Shown: piece after piece, positions 1 to 14,000 of the stretch
Layout: the number at the start of each line of letters is the position of its first letter
Numbering within the stretch: the stretch's first letter is position 1
Source: Rhizaria sp. SCN 62-66
Taxonomy: Eukaryota
DNA length: 61,550 bases
Assembly (NCBI GenBank): GCA_001724265.1
Contig: MEDY01000154.1
Location: 1 to 61,550, forward strand
Direction of reading: 5' to 3'
Notes under the pieces: model-generated
The model's database searches: none
What the model was told of the DNA's origin: nothing
The model's input: only the letters and a program-made list of their open reading frames with translations
Translations under genes and position numbers: made by a program

Positions 1-393
1 GCTCAATTCACAACCTCGCAGCCACTTTATTATCCATTGCTTCATAATTTGCGGATCATGATTTTGACTGGCGATACAGACGGTGACCCCACGGTGCTGA
101 CCGAAGGCACCAAGCCCCGGAACGTCTTTTTGTCGTCTTTCTTTGCGGATGGCGGTCATAGTGCGCTTTTAAAGCTGCTTCAGGACGATGCAGTGCCTGT
201 TGCCACGAGGGATTTGGCTGTGGCACTGCGCCAGATTGTGGACGTGATTGCCGGCGATGTTACCGATGCCACTGCACTCGAGGTACGCTTGGGCGGAGAG
301 GACATCGCGGATTCGTACGACGGATACCAAGTGGGCGATGAGTTTGGTGAGAGCAGTGATTACACTGACGGAGATCCGCAATCTGTTGACTGA
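1..393 (+). CDS. 3' part of a protein-coding gene entering from the left edge; helical region plus acidic tail, function unknown
   Basis: Frame +1 is open from base 1 (AQFTTSQPLYYPLLHNLRIMIL...) to TGA at 391-393. Acidic C-terminal tail, followed by AT-rich spacer. Confidence 0.55.
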   Translation, partial: AQFTTSQPLYYPLLHNLRIMILTGDTDGDPTVLTEGTKPRNVFLSSFFADGGHSALLKLLQDDAVPVATRDLAVALRQIVDVIAGDVTDATALEVRLGGEDIADSYDGYQVGDEFGESSDYTDGDPQSVD

Positions 394-2042
394 AGATATG
401 ATCACCGGTCTGCCAGAATTAAGGAAGTTGAGACAGAGAGACTGTGCCTTCAAGTGACGAATGGACCTGAGCAGCAAAAGAACGAAGCTGGGTCTAAGGG
501 TCAGGTGAGGTCGACTTGCGTTAACAGATCCTGCATCTTATTGACAGTTTCAACGACTCTCTGTCCTCTAGATTTGTGTTCGAACTAAGGACGTGCAATT
601 TATGAATATAAGACCTCCGAGTTGTTACGCGCGACATTTTACATAAAATGAATCTCTCACAGGAAAACCACAGAGAAAGAAAGTTCTTCTGACTCCCAAA
701 CAAAAACACACGATTTTTAATATAGTAAAGTCGATTCGCGTCACACTCACATATCTAACAAACAGGGAAACCACCAGCTGGTCACTAAACTTGCGCAAGC
801 GTGATTAATGTCTTTCTCCTAATAACATCCAAGAGATTTGTCACACGAGGAATACTACTCTTCATATTTGCGTTGAGTAAGCGAATTCATAGTTGTCATC
901 GATATCATTCTGTCGTTTGTTGGGCTCAGTGGTGACGGCAGATGTGAAGAAAGACTCGGAAACATGCAAACAACGAGAGTTCCGTGTGTTCACAATTCAG
1001 CGTGTGATGACGAATCGCGTTAATACATCAAGTCTACGACACCATAAAAGTCCTTAAGCTTATTATTGCGTTGAGGGATGCGTTCAACAAGCTTAGAAAC
1101 AGTGCCCGTTTGACAATAAGCCAGTCATGTATTGAGAGTTATGAACTGAAGAGTATAAATTAGTAACACCATTTGGAAGAACAACGAGTGTGTACATGTC
1201 ATCTTCTGAAAATAAAACTCGTTTGTTAACGAGTAGTCCAGAGACATGTGTTCCACTATTCTATGCAATCATTAGATGACAACGGATCCTTGCTGTCTGT
1301 GTGTTCTAAACAGATGTTAATACACGTTCAGTTAATATCGTAGATGCAGTTATAGGCGGTCGTCAATGATAGCGTTATATAGAGCAGAACACACGTGAAC
1401 AACATATCAAACAGGACGTGCATCGCTGATTGCCTGAACTGCTGATATGGCTGAGTACTTAGGTGAATTTTGTTTTGGAGATAGCTCGAAACATAATTGA
1501 AATGAGATATTTTTTTTTTTTAAATAGCTGAAACAAAACACACCTATGAAATACCACCTGGCAAAAAAACAACAACAGACAAAGAAGGGGGAACATCGAC
1601 AAAAAGAGCACGTTACTCGTACTCATGTCAAAAAGGTGCATTACATTAAGGAAGTCAGGATAACTAATTGCTGTAGTGTCTTAGTAAGACAACAAAAATA
1701 TGTGTTTAGGTGAAGAAATCTGCGCCAGCGCCACCGAGCATTCAATGACATTACAACGCGCGGTCGCGCTGCGCACAACATCTTGCTCGGATCTGACGTC
1801 GCGCACCAAGACAGACAAGTTTGTAGCAGGGACGCAAAACAACGAAAACAACACACGACAAAATATTAATATGTGCAAGAATGCAGCGGGATCTCAGCGA
1901 AAATGATCGCAATTAAAATAATCTGCAATCAAGTGATTATAGAACGATCATCGTGATGAAAGTTCTTGGCAACAGCGTGCAAAATGTCAGTTCAGCAGCT
2001 CGATATAGACGCACATATGACAAAAACTAGCGAGCTGTCATT

Positions 2043-5000
2043 TCAGTTTCTCATTGACGTGATTGAACTGAGATGACTTGACTTTTTCTTCGTGGGACTG
2101 ACAACAATGCTGTCGCAGTTGTCGTCCATATACTCAAGTCCCAGTCCCTCGTCGATGTACAGTCGCGGTGCCATGCCATCCGACACACCAGAGATCGGGG
2201 TCGCGCTCCAAGGTTGATTGTTATTATTACTGCCCGTCATGACGCCACCGTCATTGCCAGTAAGAGTGCTTCCAACACCATGCGAATTTGAATCGTCGAA
2301 GGACCCACTCACGCTAACCGCGCTGTTGCTATATTGACTGCGGAGTCGCACGCCATCCACGACAGAGAGACCACGATTACGATCTGACACGGCCTCACGA
2401 TCATTAACAGAGGATCCAGATGACTTTTCGTCGTTAAGACTCGGTCGCGTGGACGACACTGCTGAGATGGGGCGCGATGGAGCGAAGAAGTTTGCATGCG
2501 AGTCAATGAGGGGAAAACGGCGCGACGACGCAGGGCGTGGCATTCCGTGCAAGCGCGCATCACCACCAAAGTCGTATGCGTCAGCACCAAAGCGGATGAC
2601 ACCAGGTCCTGTGGAGGTTTCAGCAGAAGTATCTGACGATGTCGTTGACGAAGAAGCACGTTCTGGGGATGATGGGGACTCAGAAGAAGACTGGGTATCA
2701 TTCGACTGAACTTTCTCACGGTTGCTAGACGTACTCTTGCTCATTATCGCGTTCTTTACAAAATATGTCACTGTCGACCGCATAAATGTCGAGATAGGAG
2801 ATGAGATAACGACATACATTGCAATAGAAAGCAACGTTGCTAGGACCCAGCGTTCTGAGACGTTACGCAGCGACCGTGAAAGGGCAGTCTCACCAATGTC
2901 AATTTCCAGCCCAATGACGATAACCATGAGTGCACACGCAATAATACCGAGTGTGAGGAAGACAACACCAAGAAAGCGAATACCGCGGGGCTGTGAAATC
3001 TCCCAAGCTTTCCTGCGATACATCTGCTCAACATGCTCCGTGTCTAAGTCGATCGCGTATCGTAAGTAGAAATGCAGTCGCGCTTCTTGACGGAGTTCGG
3101 GCCAATCATGGTCTTGCGTTGACGCTACGCGAACCAGGGCGAGAGAGCCCAGCGACGCACCCACACTGCGAGCCGTGGCGAGAGTAGACTTTGACGAGCT
3201 GACCCCATTGCTGCCAGATTTGTTGCAAGGAACGGCGGAGTCAGCGTTCTTATTGATCACACTTGCAGACGTCGTGCTCATGACAGACTTTGCAGAGTCT
3301 TCCAACACAGTTGCCGTAGGACCACCCACATTTGCAGGACACGATGTCGAGCTTGACTGACTATTTTCCGATGATGAAGTGTCCACATTTGCGACATTGC
3401 CCTTCGTGGGAGCGGAGGCAGCAGAGGTGTCGATAGGAAAAATCATGGTGAGCAACGAGGGCTGACCTGTGGCTGCTGACACGCCGGCATTTGTACTTGA
3501 AAGCAGGCGCGCGGACAGAAGACGAGGGGAAACGTGGAAGCGAATCGGAGCATCCTCACCGCAATCGTTTTTTGAACGGTCAACATTGCGAGCGATTGCT
3601 TTGTCACCTGTGCCCAACGGAACGTCGTCCTGATCCTTCTCATTGACTGTGATCATGGCAACTGGGCCAACAACGCGCTGCCGCTCAGCGTCATTGTCAT
3701 CACTCACAGGAGTGACCGCATCAGCAACAGTCAAGCCCTTAGTACGTGTGCGGGACGTTGAAAGCGTTGCGACGGCAGCCGCAAAGCGCGTGCGACGCTC
3801 ATCCGGGTCAAGCTTACCATCGTGACCCTGCGGAGACTGCGTGACCCTTGATGGAGCTACTGGTGACGCCTCGGACGGCATGACAAACGCTGAAGCAGTG
3901 GGTGACTCTGTACGCTTGCGAGCAGCTGCGAAAGTAGCTGATGAGTGGTCCACAGCTGCCTCATGTTGTACAGGTGTCGTAGTAGGACGGGGACTTCCTG
4001 CACTGCTGGCAATTGAAATGAGTGATAAGAGCTGTATATCAGAAATGCGGCTGCTGGACTGAGCCATGCCGGCAGTGACCAGAGTCGACTTCTTCTCAGC
4101 ACTGGGACCGTTGACGTGGCCACTGTAATCCTCCCACGCGACGGATGTGTCAAGCGGCAGAAGAGGGGCAACGCGGAATAGCCAAGGCTGGCGGCGCGAT
4201 CGCGCACAGTCACAGAAGCAGCCGATCCACATGCGCGAAATACAGTTCGCAAACGAACATGTGCTACGGTCACGTTGACGCACCATATATCCGCGCTCCA
4301 CAGCGGCAGCAACCACCGATGCCGCTGTGACTGAGATATGATCCCGGAGACACACAGCCGGTGAAGCGGTCGAGGACGAAACGCCTTCACCGTCTGTCGA
4401 TGACGGCACAAGCGGATACGACGTTGGGCTCGAGCAAGAAGCAGAGATACTCGATTGAATGCTGTTGCTGTTGTATGAAGCAAGGCTTCGAGAACCAGTT
4501 GAGCTCGAGGGAGCGATGGTCGAGGCCTCACCGTTAAGGCTGATCTGACCCACACCCACAGTTGAGTCAGTTGCGGAGCCAGTACTTGCAAACAACGACG
4601 ATGAACGTTCAATTTTGGGATTGTTGTTGGAGGTGTTGAGCGGAACAATGCTGCAGCTGCGATTTGACGTACTAACCTTGGTCACACCACGAGCTGCTGC
4701 GGGTGAGGCAGACTTGCTCACATTTGCGTCCCGATTCGCCATGGGCGTGACAGATAAGGCGGTCGTTGATGCAGGTGCAGAGCGTGGAATTGCAACGACC
4801 TCAACATCATCGGGGGAGACGCGCCAGCATGCAGCGTCAGCAATAAGCTCAGCCACTTCGTCAACTTCGCGGCGGCGAGTGGCATACAGGGCGGGCCACT
4901 CCTCTTGAGGAAAATAGTCGGAAGTGCCAGTAAGTTGTAAGTACGCCAGTTGCTCAGCATAGTGATAAATGAAACGCTTAAGGCGGTCGGCGTTGCAGTG

Positions 5001-8000
5001 ATCAAAAATTGCGTGCCACAACAGTACTGCGGGATACACGGCAGCGGCCGACACAATCGCAGCGATGTAGATGGAATCGGCCGATTGTTCCCGGTACATC
5101 GCACCCGAAATAGTGAGCGTGAGCAGCATCATGAAGCAGACAGCAAACGCACGTGCCTGGGATGAGTAGTTGTCAGTGCGCGGCCGCGAAACAGTCGACG
5201 ACCAGAGGTGATCACGACGCAATAAATAGAGATAGCGACGCCACAGAAGCATAATTGTTGATGCTCCACGCTCAATGCCATATTCTTTGTGCAGATCCAT
5301 AGGACGCTGGTGCACGGGGTCCCAGCTCTCAAGCAACTCGGCTAGCCCTGCTTGATCAATGCGGACGTCAATAAAGAAGAATACAATACTCAGAATGACG
5401 GCCAAGCCAAACAGTGACATGACAGAGATAAGGGGCGCAGGATGACGACTCAGGTTGTCCCACGTGAGCAATTCAAAAGAGCTTGCAGTGAGGCGCACAA
5501 AGTTTGGTACACCCCAAAACGGGGTCCATCCGATTGAGAAAATAGTCAAGTGTGAGCATTTACATAGCGTGCGTGTGGAGCTGGTCGCAGCGACGGCGCA
5601 TCCCGCTCCAGACCACGTCTTGGCGGCCGTATCGTAAAAGCGGCATTGCGCAGCATAAGGAAAGATGCCATACGCAGCTGCGGGAGCTGAATCGTGCGGG
5701 ACAGAAATCCAGATTAGCTTATTGTCATTGACACTGTCAACAGGGGCAGGGTGGGTACCATTGGTGCTATTAGGGACTGTTCCAGGGAGCTCAGTTTCGA
5801 CACCAGAGGGACTTCCGTTGACCTCGCCAAGCTTTAAGCCTGCGGTTGTTGCAAACATGCTCGGCGGCTGCGGGTTATCACCCCATGTTGCATCTGCGGG
5901 AGGAAGCAGCGACACATCAAGGGAGTCAGTCAAATACGCCAGTCCGCCGAACGCATCGCGCGCAACAAACGCCACGTCAACATCAGCGCTGGGAATGCCA
6001 GAGAGCGCAACTGCAGGGATCCAAAAGGATGCTTCACCAGAGTTGTCTGTAGGAACCGCGACGCCGCCACCAATACCAGTAAAGGGGAACGCAGCTGGAG
6101 TGACGGAGGAACCACGCACAAGCCAGCCCTCAGCAGGCTCGCTTGCCGCGACACGTGAGAAGGAGTACCGCATTCCCCGAAGAGTCACAGCGATCGGCGC
6201 AGTGCCACCAGCCGTGGAAGTTGTCTCTTGCAGCAGTGCTGCAGCAGTGGGGGCAAGTGTGCGATCCATAAGGTCTGCTAGTGACACTGCCGTGGAAGTG
6301 GCAGAGAGAACCGCGTTTGTCTTCACGTCACCATACGTTGCGATGATACTTGCAACAGCAACGGCTGCATCAAGCGTGTCTGTGATGGGCACTTGCTGTT
6401 CAGCAAGATTGGCCATAATTTCCTCAGTAATAAACACTGCAAGTGCATGTGAGCTTAATACAGCAGCAGCCTCAGTTGCATTAAGCGCTGCAAGAAGTTC
6501 CGCACCTGCTGACACGTCGGAGCCAGGTGTCAGTGAGCTGTCAGTGAGAGCGAAGCCTTGTGCTACAGCTAATAGCTGAACCGCTGTGAGCGAGCTTACG
6601 TTGCGTTGAGCAATGATAAAAGTGTCGTCACCAGTTGCGCGCACAGAGCGCTCATAGTTCTCCAGAGCTGTCAACAGCCAAAGCGTTTCGTCACTGCCAA
6701 CATAATCATGCACTGACGAGACAGTGTGCGTGTACTGCGCTGTCGATGCAGCTGTTGTGGCACCAGAAGTCGCGCGCGCGGTTGAGGCTGCTGAAAGCAC
6801 AGCTGCCACAAACGCAGTCGAATCAAGTCGCCCGAGCGCGTCGGACGCGGCGCCCACATGATAATCAGCGGTTGCTAATGGATCTGAGCTGCCCAGCGCA
6901 GGCACTACTACGTTGGGAATAGTGACCACAACACGGCCGCCAAGTGCGTTCAAAATCTCAACAGTCGCAACATGCGTTCCAGGCGCAAGAGCAAGACGTA
7001 ATTCTCCCGCGGAAACGCCCTCTGTAACGGCGAGCAAGACATCAACTGTCTCTGCGCCAACGAGGGCCTGATATCCCCATCGGTAACGCAAAGGAAGTGC
7101 TGCAGGTTCGTCAGTCCACCCACGGCAATACAATAGCACATTCTGCGACTCCGACAGGGCTGCAGTCCCGGCGTTTGTATCATAACCACATTGCCCTGAC
7201 TGCGGCGCAGAGGGCGTGTAGATATTGAGTGTTGCCGTTGCCACCGCGCCAGCAAGCAGATCTCCACTCGACGGCAGAGCAGGAGGTTGGGAGTATGGGA
7301 ATTGCTCCAGTATTGTTTCATAAACACCCAATTTAAACGTATACACCGCGAGTGGACTAAGAGCATTCGCAGCAATCACAAGCTCCGAGCTCGTGGTACC
7401 CGACGTCACAATGCCGGAAGAAGTCAGATCCAATTTTGTGACTGTGAACGCACTAGATGGGTCAGCTTTAGAGCCGCAGTTGGTGCAAATCCAACGAAGC
7501 GCATACAGCTTGTTACGAGCAGTCACAACTGCAGCCAACCGTAAAGGCGCCCCCAATGGAGCAGCAGCCCAGCTGTTACTTCCTACAGTAAGCGAAAATC
7601 GTGTTGCAAGCTCCTCAACTGCCTCGGTGCCAATCGCACCAACTGCAGGTGGGGAATAAACGACTGCAACCGACGTCGATAGAGTCGATACTAAGGCAAT
7701 AGCCGTCAGTGACTGCGTGCGGCGTGTATCAGTCGTCGCGTTCATAGATGGTGAAATTGTGTTCGCGATGACAAGAGTTGCAGATTGGGTTCCGTCTGTT
7801 TGTGCAGGCATAAGTGCCGAGAGTATCGACTGCGTGAGCACAAGAAGCGTTGTACTGCTCGTCAACACGGCCCCAATGCCGGAAACAAGAACCGAGCACG
7901 GTTGTGTTTCATATGTTGGAGTTGAAAGAGAATCGTTAGGATGAGCGGCGGTGCGGAGCACGCGGTAACACTTCCACTCACCCACAGTCACTGAGCCGAA

Positions 8001-11000
8001 CGCTGTGGCGGCGTGGGGATCGTACGCACCACTCGTGTCGATGTGAACCACAGCATCATTCGCTGATGACGCATACGTTGACAGCATATCTGTAGCGACT
8101 GTAAACACCGACTGAAGCTCGCCACCAACAACACGCTGTTGAACTGTCGACGAAGTCAGTAAAACGGGTACAGCACGGGATACAAAAGTTGCCACGGTAT
8201 CAGTCTGGCCCTTCCGAAGCAGCGTCGCTGTGAGGCGAGACACGAGACGGAAAGAACGGGACTGCAAAACGATGCTTGCCGTGGCAGACCCCACGTCCCC
8301 CGCAGTGCCTGAGCTGAAGTCGGTGTAAGACACTGTCAACGAAAGCGTATACATCGTGGCAAACGCGAGCGAGTGCGCTGGAATGATAAGATTGCGTGCG
8401 GCAGCAGCTGCACCTGCGCCAACAATATCTGCAAATGTGGCCCCGTTGGGTGGCGCAGGAGAGATGGCCCACTCCGCGGAAACAAAGCCATCGCCACCAG
8501 GCGCGTTACCAACCATGCCAGCCAGTGAGCAGAGGGATGCAGACGAAATTGCGTCGACAAGAAGAACTTGTCCCGGGTCGAACGAGCCGGGATCCGAACC
8601 GACAGCGTCGTCGCTGCGGGCACCAGCGGCAGCTATCGTGACCCGCGGCAGAGGCGAGGAGGTTACCGTCAAAACATGTGTACGAATAACGGGAGCATGG
8701 TTCACCATGAGCCAATTCCACGCCGAGATGCGCACTTCATGCGCACCATCAGTGAGCCCAAGATTAGAAACGTTGAGAACGATGCGCTGCCAGCGTCCAT
8801 CAAAGTCATTATCGGCAAACACACTGAAAGAGGGCTGCCACTGCGCAACAAACGCGTTTATAGCATCGGAAAAGGCCGAAATATCGTCATCCGTTGTGAC
8901 GGTACCCGCAGCGCTGGCTTCAGCCGCTAGGACAAGCTCCCATAATACCTTGATACCATGTCCTTCGGCGCCACTGGTTGGAATTGCTGTAAACACAAGT
9001 TCACTGCAAGTGTCCACACTCGTGGGTCCCGCGATTGTGAAATTTAGCGGTGGTGGAGATAAGACAGGGGGCATATTGACAGGTGTTGCCGCAAGTTGTG
9101 CAGGTGCCGCCGGCCAAACCGAGGTGACAGCCATGTCTTCCTGTGCAAGCGCAGTGTAGCCGGGCTGCGAAAAAACAGTCGCATACGCATTGGGCACTGA
9201 CGCCGCAATGACAACTGAGTTGAACTTTAGAGGGAGGAGAGTAAACGACGGATTAAAATTGGTACCGAGAGTAACAGCGAACGTTGCCCCATCTGACTTC
9301 CAGCCGCACAGCGTGGTGTTCCCACCTAGCAGCGCAAGTGTTGCAGGCGTAAGAACAGCTGAGCACGCGGTTGTCGTCGCGTTGACTTCAAGCGCGAAAG
9401 CAACCGCAGTCGCGCGTGAGGCAGTCAGCTCCCCCGCCGTCGTCGATGCAATAGGGGTGGCGGTAGGAAGCGCGGGCGCTGACAGCGCTCCTGCGAGGTA
9501 AGCACCATGTGGGGGCATCGTCGTCGAGAGCGAAAACTTAAACGTGACTGTCGCATGGTCAGCCAGCAGCGTAGTGGCAGTGGGGACAGGAGTAGGAAGA
9601 CAAGCAAGAAGCGGCACAGGCAAAAGGAGTAATGGCAGCACTGGGGCAATGCGACGCGCGTACGAGATGGCATTCGTCGACCACACTGCGGACGAGGCGT
9701 TAGTACCTGGTGCCACAACGCGCACACAGCGTGGAAGGCGCAAGTGCGGGTGCGACAGAGCGCTGTTGGTGCTCAGAGTTTCGATAGTCGGCCACGCCGT
9801 CAGCGCTGCGGTGGCAAGCGCAATGTCATCACTCCGGCACACGGGACGTGCGACCACTCCCAGAGGCACTGCGGCGGCGGGAAAACCAGCCTCAGGGGGA
9901 ACTGCAGCGGCGGGCGCGGCTGAATGGCAGATGGCATTCTGCGGACACGGATAGTTATTATAATCGTCATATGAGCCGGTGTTCGTGGCATCAGCCGCAA
10001 GAAGTGCAATTGAGGCAGGCGTGACAAGATCGGAAGTCGGAGCAAACAAAGCCGCTGATTCAATCACATTGGCAGTGTCCGCTAGCAGCGCCGTCGCGGA
10101 GCAAGTCGGGATAGGAACGCACTGGGGCGGCGTCACACCGGCGCCCCAGCCTGCACCGCCACCCTGACAGAGGTGCGTGATGTTTTTAGCGCGGTGTGCA
10201 TGAGAAAACTCGTGACCAGTGTCGCACGTGTACGTTACAGCGATCGCACCCGAGATCACGCTAGCATGCGCCGTGCCGTTGTTCAGCGCGTTAATCGGAC
10301 ACTCGTTTGAGGCCGCGCAGACCAGCTGTGTAAGGGTCGCGGTCCACTGACCGGAGCCTAAGCTGGGATCGCACTGCGCCGTCACAGTCGCCGTGCTCGC
10401 GAACTCGGGCGTCATGGCGGCACCAAGAGCGCACGCGACGGTCACTGTCGTCGAAACACGGTATCCTTGTGCGTTGCTGGGTGGGACTGTCGTCAATTCT
10501 GAAGCAGTGCCGTTGGCCATAGTGTACTTAGTTGTGACCATGAAATCTTGAACAGCCACTGCGGGACAAAGCTTACCGCACATACCTCCAGTTGCCAGCA
10601 TAAGCTGCTTGCTAGCACCACAAACAACGGCACCATTCATATCAAAGGCTAGAGAGACATACCCAGACTTGCAAGGGGCAGTGCGCGTCGCAGCGAGAGT
10701 GATTGGTGCAAAAGATGTTGGACGCAGCATCCCTTTGCTATTCAGTAAAGCAGCGTTAGATGACGTCAGTGGATCACACGACGTCGACTCTGGACATTGC
10801 GCAGTATTACGGCCTTCCACAGGCACACGACGCCACTGGCCGCTCTCACAATACAGTGTACCCCAAGGAACTGCAGCGAACTCGTTTGCTGTCGCACTGA
10901 GGATGTGGCAAAAGTAAGCACCACTCACTCCGTGGCCTGCTACTCCTGCGCCAGTCACTGCCGCAATGTAGGTATTAAGATCGGCGTCAGCAGCAACGAG

Positions 11001-14000
11001 AGAGACAAGCGAGCCTGCCTGGCGCAGAGCCTATAATGTGGCACCAAGAGCTAGATTAGGATCGATCTCAGTGATCGGACCACAACTAGCTGTGGAGGCT
11101 GACGCGGGCTTGACCATAAAACGAGCTGACAACGTACAGTTACCCATACCACACGTTAACAGTCCGGATGTGGCTTCAAGCAATGGAAAGTACGCAGATT
11201 CGGAGCCAGGCGTCGTAAATCCTATCAGCTCGTTGGCTGGCTGCGGTGTTTGAATAGCAAAAATCTCGGATTGGAGAGGAAAAGGCAGACCTGTCGTAGA
11301 CGCGAGTTTTGCAGAGTACGCGACAGGTTTCTCTTCCGAGGGAAGTGTCACAACAGTTGGCAACAGCAGGCGACGCGTGTTCGTAGAGTTGAGGCGGATG
11401 GCGTCCCAGCGTGCATACAACGCAGTCGATTCAGCAATGCTGATACCGCCGTAGAGGTACACTTCTGGTGAGAGTGCACTCGCAACGTCAGCATCGTCGA
11501 TCCTGCCCGCCTCATCTGTGAGGCGCATCTCCAGCCACGCCGCAGCCTCTGCATCGGCCCCGGTCCATACGTCAGGCGGCCAGCTAATGGCCGTAGTCTC
11601 TGAGTACTTAGAAACTGTGCGCAGGTGCCGTGACACGACTGGCGGAAACCGCACGGTCATCTGAAGAGTCTCACGCATCAGATCGTTTTTGATTGTAACA
11701 ACACCTTCTACAACTGCCCGTGGCAGGCGGGCTGCCGCTGTTGACGCAAATAGCATCAAACAAGTTACCCGCGCCGTACCGCGTGTCTTGCGCACATCGG
11801 CCGTCGCGCCGGCAACACCAAAGTTAGGCACGATAAACGACAACACGGAGTGCAGCGGCGCTGAGATAAGTTGGAAGTTGGCTTGTGGCGTGAGCGTACT
11901 AAAGCGCTCTGTTGAGTCGTAGCCAGTAGCAGACGAGTGACCACGCAATGTGCACGAGGTGATGTTGAGCGTGTCTGCGAGTGCAGGAGGCAGACGAACA
12001 GTTACGTCGTGAAATAACGACATATTTAGTGACGGAATGTCGACGATCAATGGGCGAGCGTCCGAGGTGGAAGCTGCCGACGTTGCCGTCGCAGTCAAAC
12101 GTAAGCTGTCAGCAGTATAAAGCGCACCAGCGGCGTATGGTGCCGAAACATAAACAGGCAGCGCCTCAGCAGCGTGGAATTGGAACCTCGGAGTGAGATT
12201 AATCTCGCGTTTTGACACACGCAATAAACCGTAGTGGGTAGATACTACGGCACGCGCGCGCCAGTATGTCCCAACTGCGCCACCATCACTAAACGGTGCA
12301 CGTGACTGCACGGTGAACGAGACGTGAGCTGAGACGCAAGCGCCAAGCCCGCGCGCGGCACTGATGCCGTTTCCAATTACGACCGTAGCTGCGTCAGGAT
12401 GAGACCAGCTAGAGCTAGAGCTGGAGCTAGCAAGACGCGAAACCAACTTGTGGATCTCGTAGTTCGCAGTATCTAGATCAGTGACCGTGATTGGCATGTC
12501 CGCGATCTCTGGCGCAGGTGCAACGCATGTGACCGTGATGCTGGTGTGATCAATCGCGTCGACATTTTCTATATTTGTATATTTGGGCGCGGTCCAGCTA
12601 CTATCATTCCAGTCAGACGCACACTCCAACAAAAGAGCGATTTGCGCGACGGTCGAGCCGAGTGGGACCCACTGGTTCCCGTACCACGAGGACGAGTCTG
12701 GAAGTGATCCGTCGAGCCACATACCTCCTGCACGGGAAATGACCAGTGTTACACGGTGTGCGGTCGTGGGCACCGGTGCCGCAACCGCAGCCGCGGGCGA
12801 GTAGTAGTGGGACGGGAGCACGGAGTGGCGGAACAGAGCCTCATCACTCTGCTTGATGAACGTGTGGTACCGACCACGCGGCGGCCATGCCGAAGAACCG
12901 TTGGCAGCGATAAACGCCAGTGCACCTGCGCGTGTGGTGACAGCAGTCGGGATGTGGAAGGTGAAGTAGTCCGTCGCCATCGGCTCGCTGCTATCGAGAT
13001 CGTGCGATGTCCACGCACCTTCTGTGAAAAGGTAGTAGGGCATAATCCGTTGAAACACCGAACCCAGAAAAACGTCCGCAGCCGCGTTCTGCCAAGCCCA
13101 CGGAAAACCGGCCACAGGAAGCGGCCGCCATGGATTTCCCGCCCACTCGGTGTTGACAGTGCGGCGCGAACGGTCATGGCAACGCACAATGATGACGCCG
13201 CCCCAGAAGGGCTTGTTAGCGACTGAGTTGAGGTTGAATTCAAGCACTGACGTCGTGCTATCCCAGCCCCAGTTTGACGCCGGTATCGTAGACCATGTTG
13301 CGCCCACAGAGCCCCACGCCGTGGGGTTCAAGGCGCTGGCGGAGGGAAACGTCGCAAGGTTTGGCGCATACGCGGAGCACATTGAAATATTGTGGGTCAC
13401 AGAGGTTTCACCAACGTTGGAGAAGACGTTAAAATGTTCGTTTTGTCCGGGGTAGGCCCATCCATCGTCACTGCCGTACGCCACGTTGACTGTAAAGCGT
13501 GGTGACCGTGGGACCAGCATCACCATAACAAATGAAAGGCCGGCGTCAGCCAACGCTGTCGATACAGGGTCTGAAGGGGGCTCATCGGCACTTCCCGTGT
13601 ACCCATCGTAGTCCTAAAAAGCCAGAAAGATTATCAGAACAAAACACACGAGAGGCAGATAAGTGCAAGTATTTACAATAAATAGGATGTGGCATTTTAG
13701 AGGTATTCATTGAAAAGCTGATGAAGCTGCACCGCAGTGGCATCGCCCACGAACCTGGTCGTTGCGAACAAAAACAATTGATGTTTTTTCAAACCCAACA
13801 AGAGGAAGCTCACGAGGCGGGCTTGGTAGAGAGCCGCGCATGCCATCTAGCTGGACGCCAGAGAAGACGTATTTGGCTGTGAAAGGTGTGTGATACACGA
13901 GATTGACAGTGGCGGAGACAGTGACAACACGCCCGACATAAGCGGTGGGCTGGTAGAGTAGGCTTGAGCATGTTAAAATAAGCAGCGTGTTAAGGCGTGA

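Noticed and set aside
400-2040. Short ORFs in the AT-rich left spacer; possible mobile element
   Set aside because: No transposase or RT motifs, terminal repeats or coding bias seen.
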